Source of the DNA: Amphiscolops sp. MND2022
Taxonomy: Eukaryota
Direction: 5' to 3'
DNA length: 64,000 nucleotides
NCBI GenBank assembly: GCA_964187785.1
Contig: OZ076409.1
Location: 23,686,001 to 23,750,000, forward strand
Part shown: positions 39,801 through 49,798 of the stretch, one piece after another
Position numbering within the stretch: the first letter of the stretch is position 1
How the letters are laid out: the number at the start of each line of letters is the position of its first letter
Position numbers and translations under genes: made by a program
Notes under the pieces: generated by a model
Database searches by the model: none
Seen by the model: only the letters and a program-made list of their open reading frames with translations
What the model was told of the DNA's origin: nothing

Positions 39801-42800
39801 CCTGTACGAATACTGCACTACAAGATCACCATGTGCAAGCAACAATCAAGAACAGAGGTAGGAGTTTAGTGTTTTGGGTTTGCATGACTTGGCATGAGGT
39901 AGGACAACTTGCAAAACAGATAAAAACATGTATAAGACAATTCTCTTCATGAAATTCATGAAATTCTGGGCAAAAACTTCCTGGGAAACTTGAGTTTCTT
40001 GAACCTGGACTTTGGATAGACTATGTTGCGAAAAGAAATATTCATCCGGATTGGCTAAACAATGATTCTTTGACAAAAACGTCTCGCTCATGGATTGGCC
40101 TCCACAAATCCCTGACCTCCTATTGAGCACCTTTGGAATGCTTTGAAAAAGCAATTACATTTTTTTAGCTGAGCCTCCCAAAAAGGCTATGTAAGTAAAC
40201 AATTTTTTACTGGTTCGTAAGGTTGTTCATGTCGATAAATATTGTTGTACAAGTTTCACCCTCTTCATGTGATCTAAATATTGCTAATGTTTTAGATATA
40301 GGGCACTAAATCTTTTCTGGTTATCTTTTGTTACGTTTTTGTGAGGCACTCTAAACCAGATGCTCTTCAGAAAACGAAATCAAGTTCGAAGTTGTACCTA
40401 ACGGCATAGAAACTTTGTTTCTTTGTATATCGTGCATATCGACGCTCAAGTTTAATTTTAGCGTTTCCTGATGTTACGTATTTTTTTTGGATGCATATTA
40501 GATTCACATCTCTACTTGCTGACTAAATTACATTTGAATTCACATTGCAAAGTGATAACAAAACTCTTCAATTAACAGTAAGTTGGGCTTCAAAATATTG
40601 TTTATACGAACTTTTAATTTCCAAACTACTTCAGTCTGTTCATTGTCAAAAAGACTTTTTCAAAAAAAAAGTGTTCAAGATGAGTTGCAATTGGCTCCAT
40701 CTGAGATTTCCATTGAACAACAAATTGAATTTTTCTAAAGGGAAAATCACGAAAATCTGGTAATTTGATTAGAAAATGAGAAAATATTCTACCAATTGCT
40801 TGGAAAGTAGGTTTCTCAATTTCTTTGAAGTTTTCAACTTTCATTGGTTGCTTTCACAAAACTTCCTAGAGTCTGTTTATTAGCAAGCTCAGAGATTTCC
40901 GAAGCAAAACTATGTGTCGAAAATGGTTATTCACAGATCTTACCTGAAGAAAGCTGTCGCAACAATACACCATCCAGTTCCATATTCGTTCACAATAACC
41001 CTTATATCAGAGACCAAATTTTCAAATAATTTTACAAACCAACTGGCTACCTTCTATTTTTTTGGAAATCAAGCTTTAAGCATTTGAAGACAATCCTCCA
41101 CACGTATTTCCAATTAGGAAAATAAAATTACTAAGCGAGCTGCACTTTGTCCCAAACACCGTCATACCCTAATGTCATACCTTAACGGGGATTCGAATCT
41201 TAACTGTTTCGATGTTTCGCTTCCTTCCAAAAATCGAAAAATCTGAACTTCTGACGTTATATCCGAAGTATTTGATGTTTCTGGTGGAAAAATAAACAGA
41301 GAAACTTTAGTTTTTGTTTTATTTCTGGTGATAATAAAAACAAAACAACTTTTATAGGCCCTAAAAAGGCCCCTTTAGGGTTTTTCGGTACTGTATAACT
41401 GAGAATTTATTCAACAGAGGATAGTTGACGCTTTGAAGTAGTTTTGCTCTTTTCGAGCCTTCGCATCCGTTCCCGGCTTATTTCGACTAGTTTAGACAGT
41501 TTTTATGGAGTTTTCGTTCATCTCGGAAGCTGTAAACAGCTATTGAGTACAACGACTAAACAAACAGTCTTCTCGTAGTACAGTGTTGTGTATACAAATG
41601 AAATAAAATAGAGACACTAAAAATACGTACTTTTTCAAGATTCTCACTTCTAAGTTGCTTTTTATGTAGTTTTTGAAAGTGTTCAAGGGTTAAACAATCG
41701 ATCCATCACAGAGTTCTACGTTGACTCAAAAGCTATCAAACATGATTTTTACAGGAGAAATTTAGTATTTCGTTCAAAAATTATCAGTGACCCTTTCAAA
41801 AAACAAAAAATGCTTCAACGGTTTAACAGTTTCAAACTATTTTTGAACCAGATTCCAACACAAAAAAAAGCAAGAAGCTTCCAAATTGTGACGAATCAGT
41901 CGCAATCTTTGTACAGTTTATTTACATTTTCGCAAATAGCAAATTTTTTCTCAAAATGAGATAGCTAATGTTGTATTTTCATTGAGATGAAAAGCCACAT
42001 CGAAAGGAAATAAGTAGGCCCAAGTCGGTACCCCGCTCAAGTTTTAAAAAACTAAGCTTCTTAAAAATGTAAATGACACTATTTTTACCTTTTATCAATT
42101 TCTCAGTGCCAACAAACACCCAAGGGATACGCTTAAAACTCGAAAACCACTTTTTCCCCAAACTTGAAACAAAAAATCCATTTTTTGAAATTTATTTTTT
42201 TTTCATTTTTTCCTGAAAAATCTCACAGTTACAAAAAAGGAGCTCTCAGCTTGCCAAGTTACTTTTTCTCAAGTCAATAGAGATCATCTATCAAAGCCCT
42301 TTGACCAAATGAAAGTTTCGGAAAAAAGACGCACAGAGCCGAAAAAAAATTAAAGAGGTCTTTTCCATGTTATAAACATTAAGAAATTTCATCAGTTTCA
42401 TAGGATCAAAAAGTAACAAAAAGGTCACCCTCAAAACTTGGGAAACCTGTTTTTTTTTACAGGAAACCTCGAAAAACCAAAAATTGTAAAAAATCTTTCC
42501 GAAACTTTTTTCAGAATGTTTCTTACTTCGGTCATAGTCCCGAAAATTGAAAGTGGCCATCTATGCTAGCAAAACGCGCTGCTTCTGCTGACAATTAAGG
42601 GTGTTAAGGTTTGAAAAAAATCTGAAATATAGTCGCATAGTGCCGAAAAAATTCTAAAGGGGGACACTTTGGTCTCCCTCCTACTTTTGCAAATGTTGAA
42701 AAATTGTGGTTCAGTGCGATACTCGAATCCACGTACCCCCGCTTCTCATACCTCGTATCAGACATTCTGAGAAATCCGGGTCAACCTCTAAGCCAAGTGG

Positions 42801-44437
42801 AAGCCAGTTAGAAGTAACCAACTTTGCCGAAATTAAAGAACTTTTGGTAGTACTATTTTGGCTAGTTCATGTGTATTGAAAAAAATCTTTTAAAAAAACG
42901 TCGAATAGCAGTTTCTTTTTTCCAACTTCCATTCTTCGTTTTGGAAGATCTTCGTTTGTTTCTGTAGACGTTAAAAAAATCCGTGTAGTTCGAAAACATA
43001 AAATTTGGGCACTAATGTGTTTTAAATGACTTGTGACAGAATATTAACAGTCATTGAAGCCAATTGATCCAAGTCAAGTTTTAGTACAAATTGCTAAAAC
43101 ATTTGTTTTTTTTTCCAAAAACCTGATCGAAACGTTCATGGAAAATCTTTTTCATCGCAGTGACGTGAACAGGAATTGACTGGCCATTGAAAATTGAAAA
43201 GCGACACACGCTAGAAAATCAAATTCGGTTATTATTGGTCAAGGTCAAACAGAAGTGAAACTCAGGGCAGTCGTATAAACGACAGCTGATCAAAGGGATG
43301 CGAAATACATAGGACGGTAGATTTTGGTTATGTTCAAACAAAATATTTTTGTTTATTTTGTTCCAATTGGAGGACGGGGATCAAAAACTGAAAACTGCAA
43401 TTAAAAATTAAGTCTTGTCCAATAGAAACGAGTCCGAATCATCACAACCAGCTGTCGATTTATAAAATATTATAAACCTATCGTGAAAAAAATCAAATCA
43501 TTTTCCAAAGGTTATATTGTGTCTCTATATTTCGTCAATCACTTTATTTGTCTTGACACTTACATGTACACCTATTATACCGTAACGCATATTTATCAGG
43601 AGAAACAATCATTCAGTGTTTTTCTATGTAAGGCTTGAAATTAATTGAAAAGTATCGAAACTTTTAAACTTGCGCTCCAAGAAAATGTCGCTAATTTAGT
43701 TCGGGCGAAAAATATCCCGCTGCTCAGCAGGCGTTTTTTTTGTCATGTCTGGAGCTCATTTATTTCATCAACCGTACTAAATTTAGAGCTTGAAAACTTC
43801 TATCGACCTGATTCGTACTTCATACATTGTTACAATGTTACCTCTAAAAATGGTCTCTGCCTAAAGGTCTGTAGAAAACATCCAAAACGGGTGTTGATGA
43901 AGTTGTCCATGGTCAGTTGACAAAATATGATGTGAGATACTCGGCGGTAATTGATTTTAACATTGTCTTGACTCATTAGTTCCGTCACGCAATTGGCTAT
44001 CCCCGGTCCAGCCATGTCAATTACAGCCTGAAACAGGCATCTAAAGGTAATGTGCTTTTTCAAACATACAACATTTATTTTTTTGTATGCTGGTTATGGT
44101 CAATTTTGTTTCAAAATTACTTCTGATAACGTTTTAGTGCATATAAACATCTTACCTGCAGTACTACTGGGAAGAATAACAAAGATCGAAATTCTTCTTG
44201 CCTCATCAAAGAAACTACTAGCAACAGGTTAAAGATAGAGCACTCTATTCCTAGGACAAGGCCAAGAATGGCCCGCGTTCTGATTATGTAATGGTGAAAT
44301 GAGGGGTTACAGTAGTTGACAACCATTCGCAAATCCACCCATCTAATGCCTCCTTCTACGAAGTTCATACCATTCTGTAGTATCGCGTTCCAAGGCACCG
44401 CTTCTACGGGACCAGTTGTAAAATTTCTTGTTTCCAT
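9441..44437 (-). CDS. Spliced 7-exon gene: class-A GPCR extended by a putative 8th TM helix and a C-terminal C-type-lectin-like domain (611 aa)
   Basis: Exons of 282, 167, 57, 168, 436, 348 and 378 nt total 1836 nt, stop-free, with matching intron phases 0,2,2,2,0,0. Motifs: TM1 IFN, TM2 LQAVID, TM3 Cys and FRY, ECL2 Cys, TM5 P..Y, TM6 CWAP, TM7 NPFLY. Confidence 0.75.
12340..13530 (+). mobile_element. gag: Decayed Ty3/gypsy-like gag with two zinc knuckles
   Basis: Junction-like GACA|TAGTAACAGGAG at 12530; LKRMAEHAFGAEAENQIK; CFYCSKTGQGK*EC and CQICDYTGHLAVDC; many frameshifts. Confidence 0.7.
13865..18480 (+). mobile_element. Decayed BEL/Pao LTR retrotransposon in intron 6 (candidate 5' LTR 13865-14184)
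   Basis: KLSEYSGDP..EWSQLFQA gag motif, CDVNGCGHLHHRLLH knuckle, protease ALCNSGAS, RT YMDD near 17458, RNaseH LHVFTDA, KCRVAPMKQQSIPRLE, FWTD, HVEGPLNPADIGTR. LTR candidate TG...AATAAA...AACA followed by GGTAGCGGA. Confidence 0.88.
19177..19796 (-). mobile_element. Helentron/HINE-like non-autonomous element
   Basis: AAGTCGGCGCCATCTCTAAGG at one end, GTCGG..GCGCCTACTAAAAA at the other, internal GTCGCA.AGTGCCGAAAAA repeats; same family as 27949 and 46170. Confidence 0.65.
23094..23441 (-). CDS. Exon 6: extra TM helix, stalk, start of C-type-lectin-like domain
   Basis: Acceptor CTATAG|GAA phase 0 (in-frame TAG, no ATG of its own); LGLYVGIFGSVLLALILNLIFVA; KCYEHGG..FYQRCFLL; donor CAG|GTAAGA phase 0. 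Confidence 0.78.
24087..24522 (-). CDS. GPCR exon 5: TM5-TM7 and cytoplasmic tail (frame stays open to a stop at 24006 if unspliced)
   Basis: Acceptor CTGTAG|G phase 2; FFVVPCVVSGILY, WIVCWAP, FSQLNPFLYIII. The 3' boundary at donor AAG|GCAGGG is inferred. Confidence 0.85.
24658..24830 (+). repeat. Dispersed repeat, second copy at about 27140-27290
   Basis: Shared GACATAAAAGAT, CTTCGTCGAAACGAC.GTCGAGTG, TTGGAACCGT and ATTTTGCGTCC. Confidence 0.65.
25680..26144. mobile_element. Tc1/mariner-type MITE (465 bp)
   Basis: Perfect 15-bp TIR CAGTACTGTGATTAA with TA on both flanks. Confidence 0.85.
27949..28459 (+). mobile_element. Helentron/HINE-like element with tRNA-like A/B boxes
   Basis: 5' TTTTTAGTTGGCGC, 3' GCGCCGACTT then hairpin GCCG-TTCC-CGGC then TTGTT; TGGCATAGAGG at 28095 and GGTTCGAGTC at 28147. 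Confidence 0.7.
29443..30167. mobile_element. Older Tc1/mariner-type MITE
   Basis: TA-CAGTAGCGTCCTAAAATATCGCAACTC..TTGCTTAAA is mirrored imperfectly at 30121-30167. Confidence 0.55.
30477..31024. mobile_element. Foldback element with 15-bp tandem-repeat arms and central palindrome
   Basis: Left arm (AAATCTCCTAAGTYA)n, right arm its reverse complement; termini GGTTACATGTC and GACCTGATACC. Confidence 0.8.
30633..30826. repeat. Perfect spacerless palindrome, 194 bp
   Basis: 97-bp arms symmetric about GTT|AAC at 30729/30730. Confidence 0.95.
31348..31417. repeat. 35-bp tandem duplication
   Basis: CCAAGCGCTCCCAAAAATTGAAWACAATAAAAATA twice. Confidence 0.85.
31547..31714 (-). CDS. GPCR exon 4: ICL2, TM4, ECL2
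   Basis: Acceptor TTTTTCAG|G TAC ATG; YMTTVYP...ALTIVCSILTAVIFGAVGVILFAL...SSECAR; donor AG|GTTAGA phase 2. Confidence 0.85.
32330..35950 (-). mobile_element. Decayed Ty1/copia retrotransposon in intron 3
   Basis: Order integrase-RT-RNaseH: VHKDVLGP..SIDGHKYAI, VWVHDI (YVDD-like), FCDAD..TSG..VSWSS..VATSTAE, YVDNQASIAL..HHGKSKH. Confidence 0.88.
35975..38550 (-). mobile_element. Second tandem copy of the copia gag-protease-integrase segment
   Basis: Colinear with 33579-35950 from AATATCGTGATTATGCTTTCTC onward; PBS-like GGTTATGG on minus near 38540-38547. Confidence 0.85.
39290..39440. repeat. Nested short inverted repeats (foldback remnant)
   Basis: TACTTGACTATTT / AAATAGTCAAGTA units; hairpin CGATCTCCATC..GATGGGGATCG at 39364-39437. 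Confidence 0.6.
39502..40351 (+). mobile_element. Internally deleted Tc1-like transposon
   Basis: About 39-bp imperfect TIRs starting CAGTG, TA flanks, and WPPQIPDL/PIEHLW at 40096-40136, a remnant of the Tc1 WPxxSPDLNPIE motif. Confidence 0.8.
40944..41000 (-). CDS. GPCR exon 3 (57 nt, not in ORF track): TM3
   Basis: AAG|G acceptor, VIVNEYGTGWCIVATAFF-R, donor AG|GTAAGA phase 2; completes the FRY motif with exon 4. Confidence 0.85.
42010..42900 (-). mobile_element. Diverged HINE-like copy with tRNA-like module
   Basis: GGCCCAAGTCGG start, GTCGCATAGTGCCGAAAAA, and minus-strand TGGCTTAGAGG..GGATTCGAGT..CCA at 42708-42796. Right boundary approximate. Confidence 0.55.
43861..44027 (-). CDS. 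GPCR exon 2: TM2, ECL1, Cys at top of TM3
   Basis: Acceptor TTTCAG|GCT phase 0; AVIDMAGPGIANC...GCFLQTFR; donor AG|GCAGAG (GC, phase 2), the phase required by exon 3. Confidence 0.8.
44156..44437 (-). CDS. GPCR exon 1: N-terminus, TM1, start of TM2
   Basis: ATG at 44437, NFT sequon, hydrophobic AILGLVLGIECSIFNLLLVVSLM, donor CAG|GTAAGA phase 0. TTTTTGCAG just upstream suggests a further 5'UTR exon. Confidence 0.85.
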
Positions 44438-45117
44438 ATTGAAAGCTGCAAAAAATATTTCTGAGGTTCAAAAATCTAACAGTACTTTTGAAATTACAAC
44501 TAGTTGTTAGAAAACCGGGAATGTTTTTAAGTACTGCTGTAGTAGAAAGAAGTTAACGGAAGTTTGCAATGTATCTATTTAGCAACACGGGAACTTCTAA
44601 AAATGGCGTTCCGTCTAAGGGTCAAATAACGCAAAAGTTTCTATTTAAAATATGCTCAAGGCGTATTTAAGGAGAATCTCACAAACATGAAAGGGCTGAA
44701 AAATACGCCCAGTGTGAGCTATGTGGTCTGGAGAAAAGAACTAATAGTCACCGTAGTAGTCGGTCACGTTTTATGAAATGCGCCGTCTAGAAAAAAGGAT
44801 AGGGTAATCGCGATTTCCGACAATCGTTCCTGCTAATGACTGTTGTGAAGCTTTTGAGTAGTGGCGGTGTTTATGAATGCTCTATGCGTCTCTGTATATC
44901 GCAATGCGTTTTCCATATTTACTACGTTAAAGTTCAATTGATCAAGCAGGAAAATTTATGCTCTGTAACGACAAGCGCTTAGCGTTTAGCTGAAACAAGA
45001 GGTGGAGGAACCAATACCATAGATATAGATCCGGGACAGATCACCATAGCATTAGCCCAATTTACCTCCCAACGGTTGCCGGTCCCGAGGAGGGGGAATC
45101 GTCTTAAAGAATGCTCA

Positions 45118-45540
45118 CTGGCCTGAATCCGATCTGTTATTGCTGAGAATAACGCGTATTATGCTTTTTTCTTCAGAACCACCGCTTATACAGCTTTAAA
45201 AACTGGGTTGTCTTCACTGAATTGATTAATTAAATCCAAAGTCGGAAAATCTAATAACCATTAAAACAAAGGGTTCCAAATAACAGCTCTCGAGCATATT
45301 GATCTAAACACTTTAGTGATCTAGACACTATATTGATCTAAATTCTCTGGCCTGAATCCGGTTTGATATTGCTGAGAATAACGGGTATTATGCTTTTTTC
45401 TTCAGAACCACCGCTTATACAGCTTTAAAAACTGGGTTGTGTTCACTGAATTGATGAATTAAATCCAAAGTCGGAAAATCTAATAACCATTAAAACAAAG
45501 GGTTCCAAATAACAGCTCTCGAGCATATTGATCTAAACAC
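45118..45540. repeat. Near-identical 194-bp direct duplication (45118-45311 and 45347-45540)
   Basis: Both copies run CTGGCCTGAATCCG...GATCTAAACAC with few mismatches. Confidence 0.92.
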
Positions 45541-46169
45541 CATATAAATACAACAAATTACAAAACGTAGTCCATGTGGAAGGTGGTGTCGTCAGCACAC
45601 CCAACGCGCGAGCTGGTCACGCCATAGGGCACCGCCAGAGGCCTTAGGCTGCAACCATTGTTCTCAGGTGTTCTTTACCAAAAGTAACGGGTATCTTCCA
45701 TCTTTTGGTATACAATGTGGTTTGGCCTGTTTTTCTAGCTCATACTGTCGTTTGTTCGTTCTCTCGTCTCGCGAGTGGCTTCTAGATATCTTTCTTTCTG
45801 TGGGTTAGCAAGTACTTTGGCCAAAACATGCTCAATCGGCCACGTCACTTTTGAACGAATTATTGGTTGATAATGAAAAGTTCGTTGGTCCAAAGTTGAC
45901 GTTATAGTCCATGCATGGAATTGCAGATTAGGAAAGTTTTGAACGAACGACGAAAAACAAGTTCATCCAAGGTTTGGGTCTCCAAAAGAATCGAAAAGTT
46001 TGGTAGATTATTTTTAATACTACCGATGCATCAAAAAGATATGTCATTTATTTCAAAAGAATTACGTTTTTAAATCAATCCATTGTATTATTTTGGAATT
46101 TTTGCAAGTTTATTCTCAAGTGTTGCTTGAGATTTGAGTTTAAAATATTTCCACTACATTTCAATGCCA

Positions 46170-46542
46170 AACAAGCCGGGAACGGCCCAAGTCGGCGCCA
46201 TATCTAAGGCTCAAAAAGACTCGAAAACTACTTTTTCTACAACTGGAGACAACAAAAGCTCTCAAAAAACTGAAAATTGAGAAAAAAATTCCGAATTTTT
46301 TTGAAATTTTTTTTCGAAGTTTCCGGTAAGTCGCATAGTGCCGAAAATGTAAAACGGGGGACGCTTTTTCTCATGTTAGACGCTTTAGATGCGTTGAAAA
46401 AAGTATTAAGTACATTTGGTAAAAGTTGGTAAATGTGCATTAACTGGATTAATGCACAAAAAGTGGACGTTACGCGTTGAACTGACGAAAAAAAACTAGC
46501 CACTGTAAGAGTCGGGATTTTCTTCGAAAACGCCGACTAAAA
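46170..46542 (-). mobile_element. Helentron/HINE-like element, compact copy
   Basis: AACAA-GCCGGGAACGGC-CCAAGTCGGCGCC at left, AGTCGG..CGCCGACTAAAA at right. Further fragments at about 27470-27663, 41350-41480, 44583-44795 and 62150-62325. Confidence 0.7.
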
Positions 46543-47074
46543 AGATTGATAATCCGATGGAGCACTGCAAGGAAGCATGTGGGATGTCAACACGCGCGAC
46601 AGCAGCAGTGCGCTTAACAACGTTTGCATGGTGATGGTATTTCTAAGCTTCGGTTTGGTTCGATACGTGACGGATTTATTGTATCTGCCCATTATGATTT
46701 TCCAACTTCTGGAAATTTAAATAAAACATTAGAGTTGTAAAAACAGTTGGTAAAATCAGTGGAAATGAAAAGAAGGGTAAAAACGTAGAGAATAATCATA
46801 CGATCAATTCGAGTTACCACTGTAGTGATTTTCTAGAATACTCTTATTTCATCTTGCAATTCTTGGCAATTTTTTACCAGGAAATTGGGAGAACTTGGCC
46901 AAATCTCGGTGGAGATCATGACGCGATTCTGCAAGATCTTGCATGATCTTTTGGGAAATGCGGAATTCTTTCTTTGATTGCCATCATTCAGCGTGAATAT
47001 TTACTCCAACTTCGTGGAATGTTTGGCTCTATGGTGGCAAATAATGTCAGGATCTCAGTTATCTCAGCATTGCT

Positions 47075-47470
47075 ATAGATTTAGTTGGCCAAAACGATAG
47101 TTTCCGAAACTGTTCGAGCTCTATTACCTACAGATGCAAAAGCAGGCCTATTGAAAACTGAAAGAAACAACTCATCGATAAAAAAACATCTTCACCAATA
47201 ATCAAAAACCGCCGGAGTCAAATTATCTCAGCGTTGTTTTTCATGGGTGGTTTCTTCCATGAAAGAAGATGCTAGAATAATCGTCCATGGTCCAATGGAA
47301 CAACATGAGTTGAATCTCTGCTAGAAAAAAAAGAAAAGTCTCAAAAAGATTTGGGCAGGACTACCAAGATTGTTACATCTGGAAGAATGCTACCTTTCTC
47401 CTGTGGGATCATCCTTATCGTTTAACCTCCAAATGGAAAAATGGGGAAAATCTTCCGAGAGGAAATTAGT
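47075..47470 (-). mobile_element. Possible very decayed PIF/Harbinger transposase fragment
   Basis: Frameshifted RARTVSE/FGQL and IGED resemble the RARxxVENxFGxL and GD motifs. Confidence 0.25.
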
Positions 47471-49147
47471 CTCAATTTCAGTTTAAAAAACGGGATTGAG
47501 GGATATTGCGAGGAAATTCAAGACACCGGCAACCTGGGAAAAGTTTCGGAATGTCCGAAATTTTGCCGAGATTTTCAAAGTTAACAAAAAATTCGCAAGA
47601 TCTTAAAAAGGATTGAAAGTCGTCAAAAGTTGTATACAACACAAAACAGTGGATGTCAGTTTTGTGGGACATAAAACACAATGTTCAAATAGCGATCGTT
47701 CAAATAGATGCTTCTACTCACCTTTTTGTCGTATCGAGTAAGTTTTTTTCTAGGCCTGTAAATTCACCAGATAAGTTTTGCGCCGGTATCCACAATGGAG
47801 ATACCGTTTCCTCAACGCTATTTCCAATTCCTATTGAAAACCAAATCCTAGCCAATCCTAGTCGGGTTCTAAATTAAGTTACAAAAAATTGAAAATCTTT
47901 AACTCTAACGACGTCATGTCTAAATGTTTTCATTTTGGGTCTATTGTAGATTTCAAATGTTTTTTTTAATTTACTTCAAATTTTCCAGCGTTTGTTAATT
48001 TTTCCTAATATACATAATTCCTATCATCAAATCAAAAACTCAGCTTCATTTTAGCATATATCAAATTTAGAATGGTAATTGAGTATTGTTCTCCAGTTTC
48101 TCAAAACTTTTGCGGCAAAAAATCGCTAACAGAATATTTAGAGGCTGATGAACAATTGTTACAAATGAATTCCAGCAATTGAAAATTCAGTCTGTGATGT
48201 TTTGTCGGGAAGCCGAAATATCAAAAAATAATAAGACAACTGTGAACACCTTTGAGAAAAAAAACCATTTTTATAATTTTGAGAAGTGTCCAAATTTTTC
48301 ATGAAGAACTTCAAAATGTCAATCTAAATCCTTTTAAGTTGTAAAACACTCAATTAGGGCGCTGAGAAAAACATGGGAAAACACATAAACTTAGACCTAT
48401 TTTCCAAACAATTTGAAGATGAGAAATGAGCCTCGAGAACTTGGTAGACAATTTTGTTCATAATGACAGACCAGATGCGAAACTGGAGCATACAGCTCGA
48501 ATATTCTATTGTTTTAAGCAGAACGAATTTAGAACTTCAACTACTGAATTGAACCGTTCTCTCAATCTTCCTTATTTTGTTTCAGTGGAGGAAACTCGGT
48601 GAGAAATTGTCATATTGAAGAAATATTTAGCGCTCCATTTAACCTCCCAACCTTCGGAAAACATTAAATTGGACATTCTAAACTACAGATACCAATGCTA
48701 CCCAATCAAACGTTGATCTCATTTTTCCTATACATATGGAAAATAATCGAGAAAAACCTTGGTGAAACTTGACATTATCCTCTTTCAAAAACTTGAAACT
48801 TTCAAGCTTTTGTTCAAAACGCTTGAAAAAGTTTCGAACTATCCGGTTTTTATAGATGGCTTCACTTTCGATTTCTGCTTTCCCCTCTAGGCAAATGAAT
48901 TCCAAACGAAATTCAAAAACAGCTGCAATTCATTTTTCCAATTAATTTCACATTGTAGATCCGCGGTTGTTGCTGACCCAACTGCAGTAGATAATCAGCA
49001 ACGTATCTAACGTTGGGCAGAAGTAAAAGCATCGTTAGGCGATAATTCGTCCCAAGCGACAATTCGTCCCAAATTCCAAAAAGCGACAATTTTTCCCAAG
49101 CGGCAGCTCGTCCCATTTTGAAAAGACGCCAATTCGCCGCATTTGTA

Positions 49148-49738
49148 GGTGTCAGGTCAAAATACCGCAAGTCGAAATACCAGAGGTTGGAAGACCATAA
49201 GTCATAAAACCACATAGTCGAATTACCACATTGTCAAATTACCAGACGGTCAAAATACCAGAGGATTAGGAAACCAAGTAATGCACGACGTGAAGTATGA
49301 TTACTATTTCTTCCAAGAACCATAAATAAACTCATTTAGAGCTAGATTATTCATTTGTAATTATTTAATTATTGCAACTATTGTCTGCGACTCGATAAAT
49401 GCAAATTAGTAAATGGTCTCCTTTTCCCTTTTTCCACATGTCATTAACTAATTATTGCAACACTTTCAATTCTAAACACATAGAAATCGTTTTATACCAA
49501 TAATTTCATTCATTTCACTAAAACCATTTCGAACTAATTCAAATCAAATGTAATTTATAACAAGCAACAAAAATACCATTTTTTTTAAAACTCTGAATAA
49601 CATCACACAATCGTTCGATTCTAACTGGTATTTTGACAGTCTGGTAATTTGACCGTCTGGTAATTTGACTCTGTGGTTTTATGACCTCTCGTCTTTCGAC
49701 CTCTGGTATTTTGTCTTCTGGTATTGAGACCTGTAACC
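49148..49738. mobile_element. Inner foldback element with 15-bp repeat arms
   Basis: GGTGTCAGGTC..GACCTGTAACC termini, flanked by ATTTGTA / ATCTGTA; termini resemble the 30477 element. Confidence 0.75.
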
Positions 49739-49798
49739 ATCTGTAAAGCGACAATTCGTCGCAAATTGTTTAATTGATCAGCTAATTAACAACCTACT

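Noticed and set aside
43836..43844. Canonical donor GAG|GTAACA for exon 2
   Set aside because: Phase 0 does not match the phase-2 acceptor of exon 3 and adds a poor TM3 segment.
49036..49770. Periodic repeats resembling a CRISPR array
   Set aside because: No unique spacers, no cas genes, and the repeats are mirrored as inverted arms.
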